Below the pieces are notes generated by a model. It was not told the origin of the DNA. It was given only the letters and a program-made list of their open reading frames with translations, and made no database searches. Position numbers and translations under genes: made by a program. DNA of 60,408 nucleotides, counting the filler, from Pirum gemmata (lineage: Eukaryota): the NCBI GenBank assembly GCA_002812295.1. It is 8 parts of 8 records of this genome, joined end to end, with 100 filler letters (N's around TTAATTAATTAA, not from the genome) between each part and the next. Parts side by side here need not be neighbours in the genome. Positions count along the whole stretch, not along the records: positions 52,619 to 60,408 come from PDIN01000149.1; 7 more parts are not named here. One strand, 5' to 3'. Below, piece by piece: positions 59,484 to 60,408 of this stretch (positions are counted from its first letter, which is position 1; each line of letters starts with the position of its first letter).

Positions 59484-60408
59484 ATGATGTACTCAAACAT
59501 TGCTGTATTAGTTGCTGTAGCTACTGCTTGCACAGTGTCTGCTATACCCACCAACAAAATAAATGAAAAATGTCTTGAAAATTACCAAGGAAATGAATTC
59601 ATGATTGGTGAATGTATAGCTGCACACAATGGATCACCTCTTGAATTGGAACCATGTATGGGAAGGTCAATACTAGCATGCAATCAAAATATAGCCGATG
59701 GACCTCAAGCCAGGTGTACTTTTGATTTTAACACTGACACGTGCAAAGCTGATACACCAATCGAAGCTCAAATCGATGGTCTTTGTAATGCCAGGTGCAC
59801 TACTATTTTTCAAGGTAATGAAGAACGTATTAGCTATTGTATGACTGAATGTAAAGGTACTAACTCGGTCATCGACAAAATAAATGAAAAATGTCTAAAA
59901 GATTACCAAGGCAATGAATTCATGATTGGTGAATGTATAGCTGCACACAAAGGATCACCTCTTCAATTGGAACCATGTATGGGAAGGTCAATAGTAGGAT
60001 GCAATCAACAGATAGCCGATGGACCTCAAGCCAAGTGTACTTTTGATTTAAACACTAACACATGTAAAGCTGATACACCAATCGATGCTCAAATCGATGA
60101 TATTTGTAATGCCAGATGTACTACTATTTTTCAAGGTAATGAAGGACGTATTAGCTATTGTATGACTGAATGCAAAGGTGGCAAAACTAACTCTAGAGCT
60201 GAATGTTCTAAAATGGACGGGAAACCAAATGAGTGTTTGCCTTTTGTTAGTAAAGGCAAATGTCTCCTTGTAGAAAAACAGTGTGTTCAACCGAACTATC
60301 CACACGTTTCCTGTGGTGGTCATACTGCTAGTAGTTGTGAATGGTGTCCCTATGACCATGTTACTAATATTTTAACAACGGGCCTACAAGCCTCTTCTCT
60401 GTGTAATG
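59484..60408 (+). CDS. Secreted Cys-rich repeat protein, copy 2 (runs off the window)
   Basis: ATG at 59484; collinear and open relative to copy 1 (offset 3998 nt). It is missing from the ORF track only because it has no stop within the window. Confidence 0.9.
   Translation, partial: MMYSNIAVLVAVATACTVSAIPTNKINEKCLENYQGNEFMIGECIAAHNGSPLELEPCMGRSILACNQNIADGPQARCTFDFNTDTCKADTPIEAQIDGLCNARCTTIFQGNEERISYCMTECKGTNSVIDKINEKCLKDYQGNEFMIGECIAAHKGSPLQLEPCMGRSIVGCNQQIADGPQAKCTFDLNTNTCKADTPIDAQIDDICNARCTTIFQGNEGRISYCMTECKGGKTNSRAECSKMDGKPNECLPFVSKGKCLLVEKQCVQPNYPHVSCGGHTASSCEWCPYDHVTNILTTGLQASSLCN

Overview
Very AT-rich, intron-rich eukaryotic DNA with the standard genetic code, GT-AG introns and TTAGGG repeats. 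Gene content is compatible with a unicellular opisthokont, possibly ichthyosporean-like; this is an inference. The window is not one locus: seven identical N44-TTAATTAATTAA-N44 linkers join eight ~7.3-7.8 kb contigs, so adjacency across linkers means nothing. Genes assembled by eye: a TTI2-like gene, the 5' exons of urocanate hydratase, a ~1,190-aa secretory protein fusing BPI/TULIP-like domains to two PqiA/LetA-like membrane domains, a ~16-exon EGF + M66 (StcE/TagA/dictomallein-type) metalloprotease, a PH-domain last exon, a Phactr/Bni4-like PP1 regulator, a stand-alone S53 prodomain, an intronless P-class PPR gene, a zinc peptidase-VHL-beta-Cys-knot fusion, and two tandem secreted Cys-rich repeat proteins. 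Non-coding DNA holds at least six MITE families, a chromoviral integrase relic, many interstitial telomeric arrays and pervasive CTAG-type palindromic insertions. Best leads: (1) the TULIP-PqiA fusion as a possible single-chain lipid transport system, with an antisense copy of its own CDS in its 3' flank; (2) intron-bearing bacterial-type proteases; (3) telomeric repeats inserted inside transposons, sharing a recurrent TATTAA leader; (4) a perfectly palindromic TGT..ACA mini-element with a 4-bp TSD. All homology calls come from motif recognition, not database searches.
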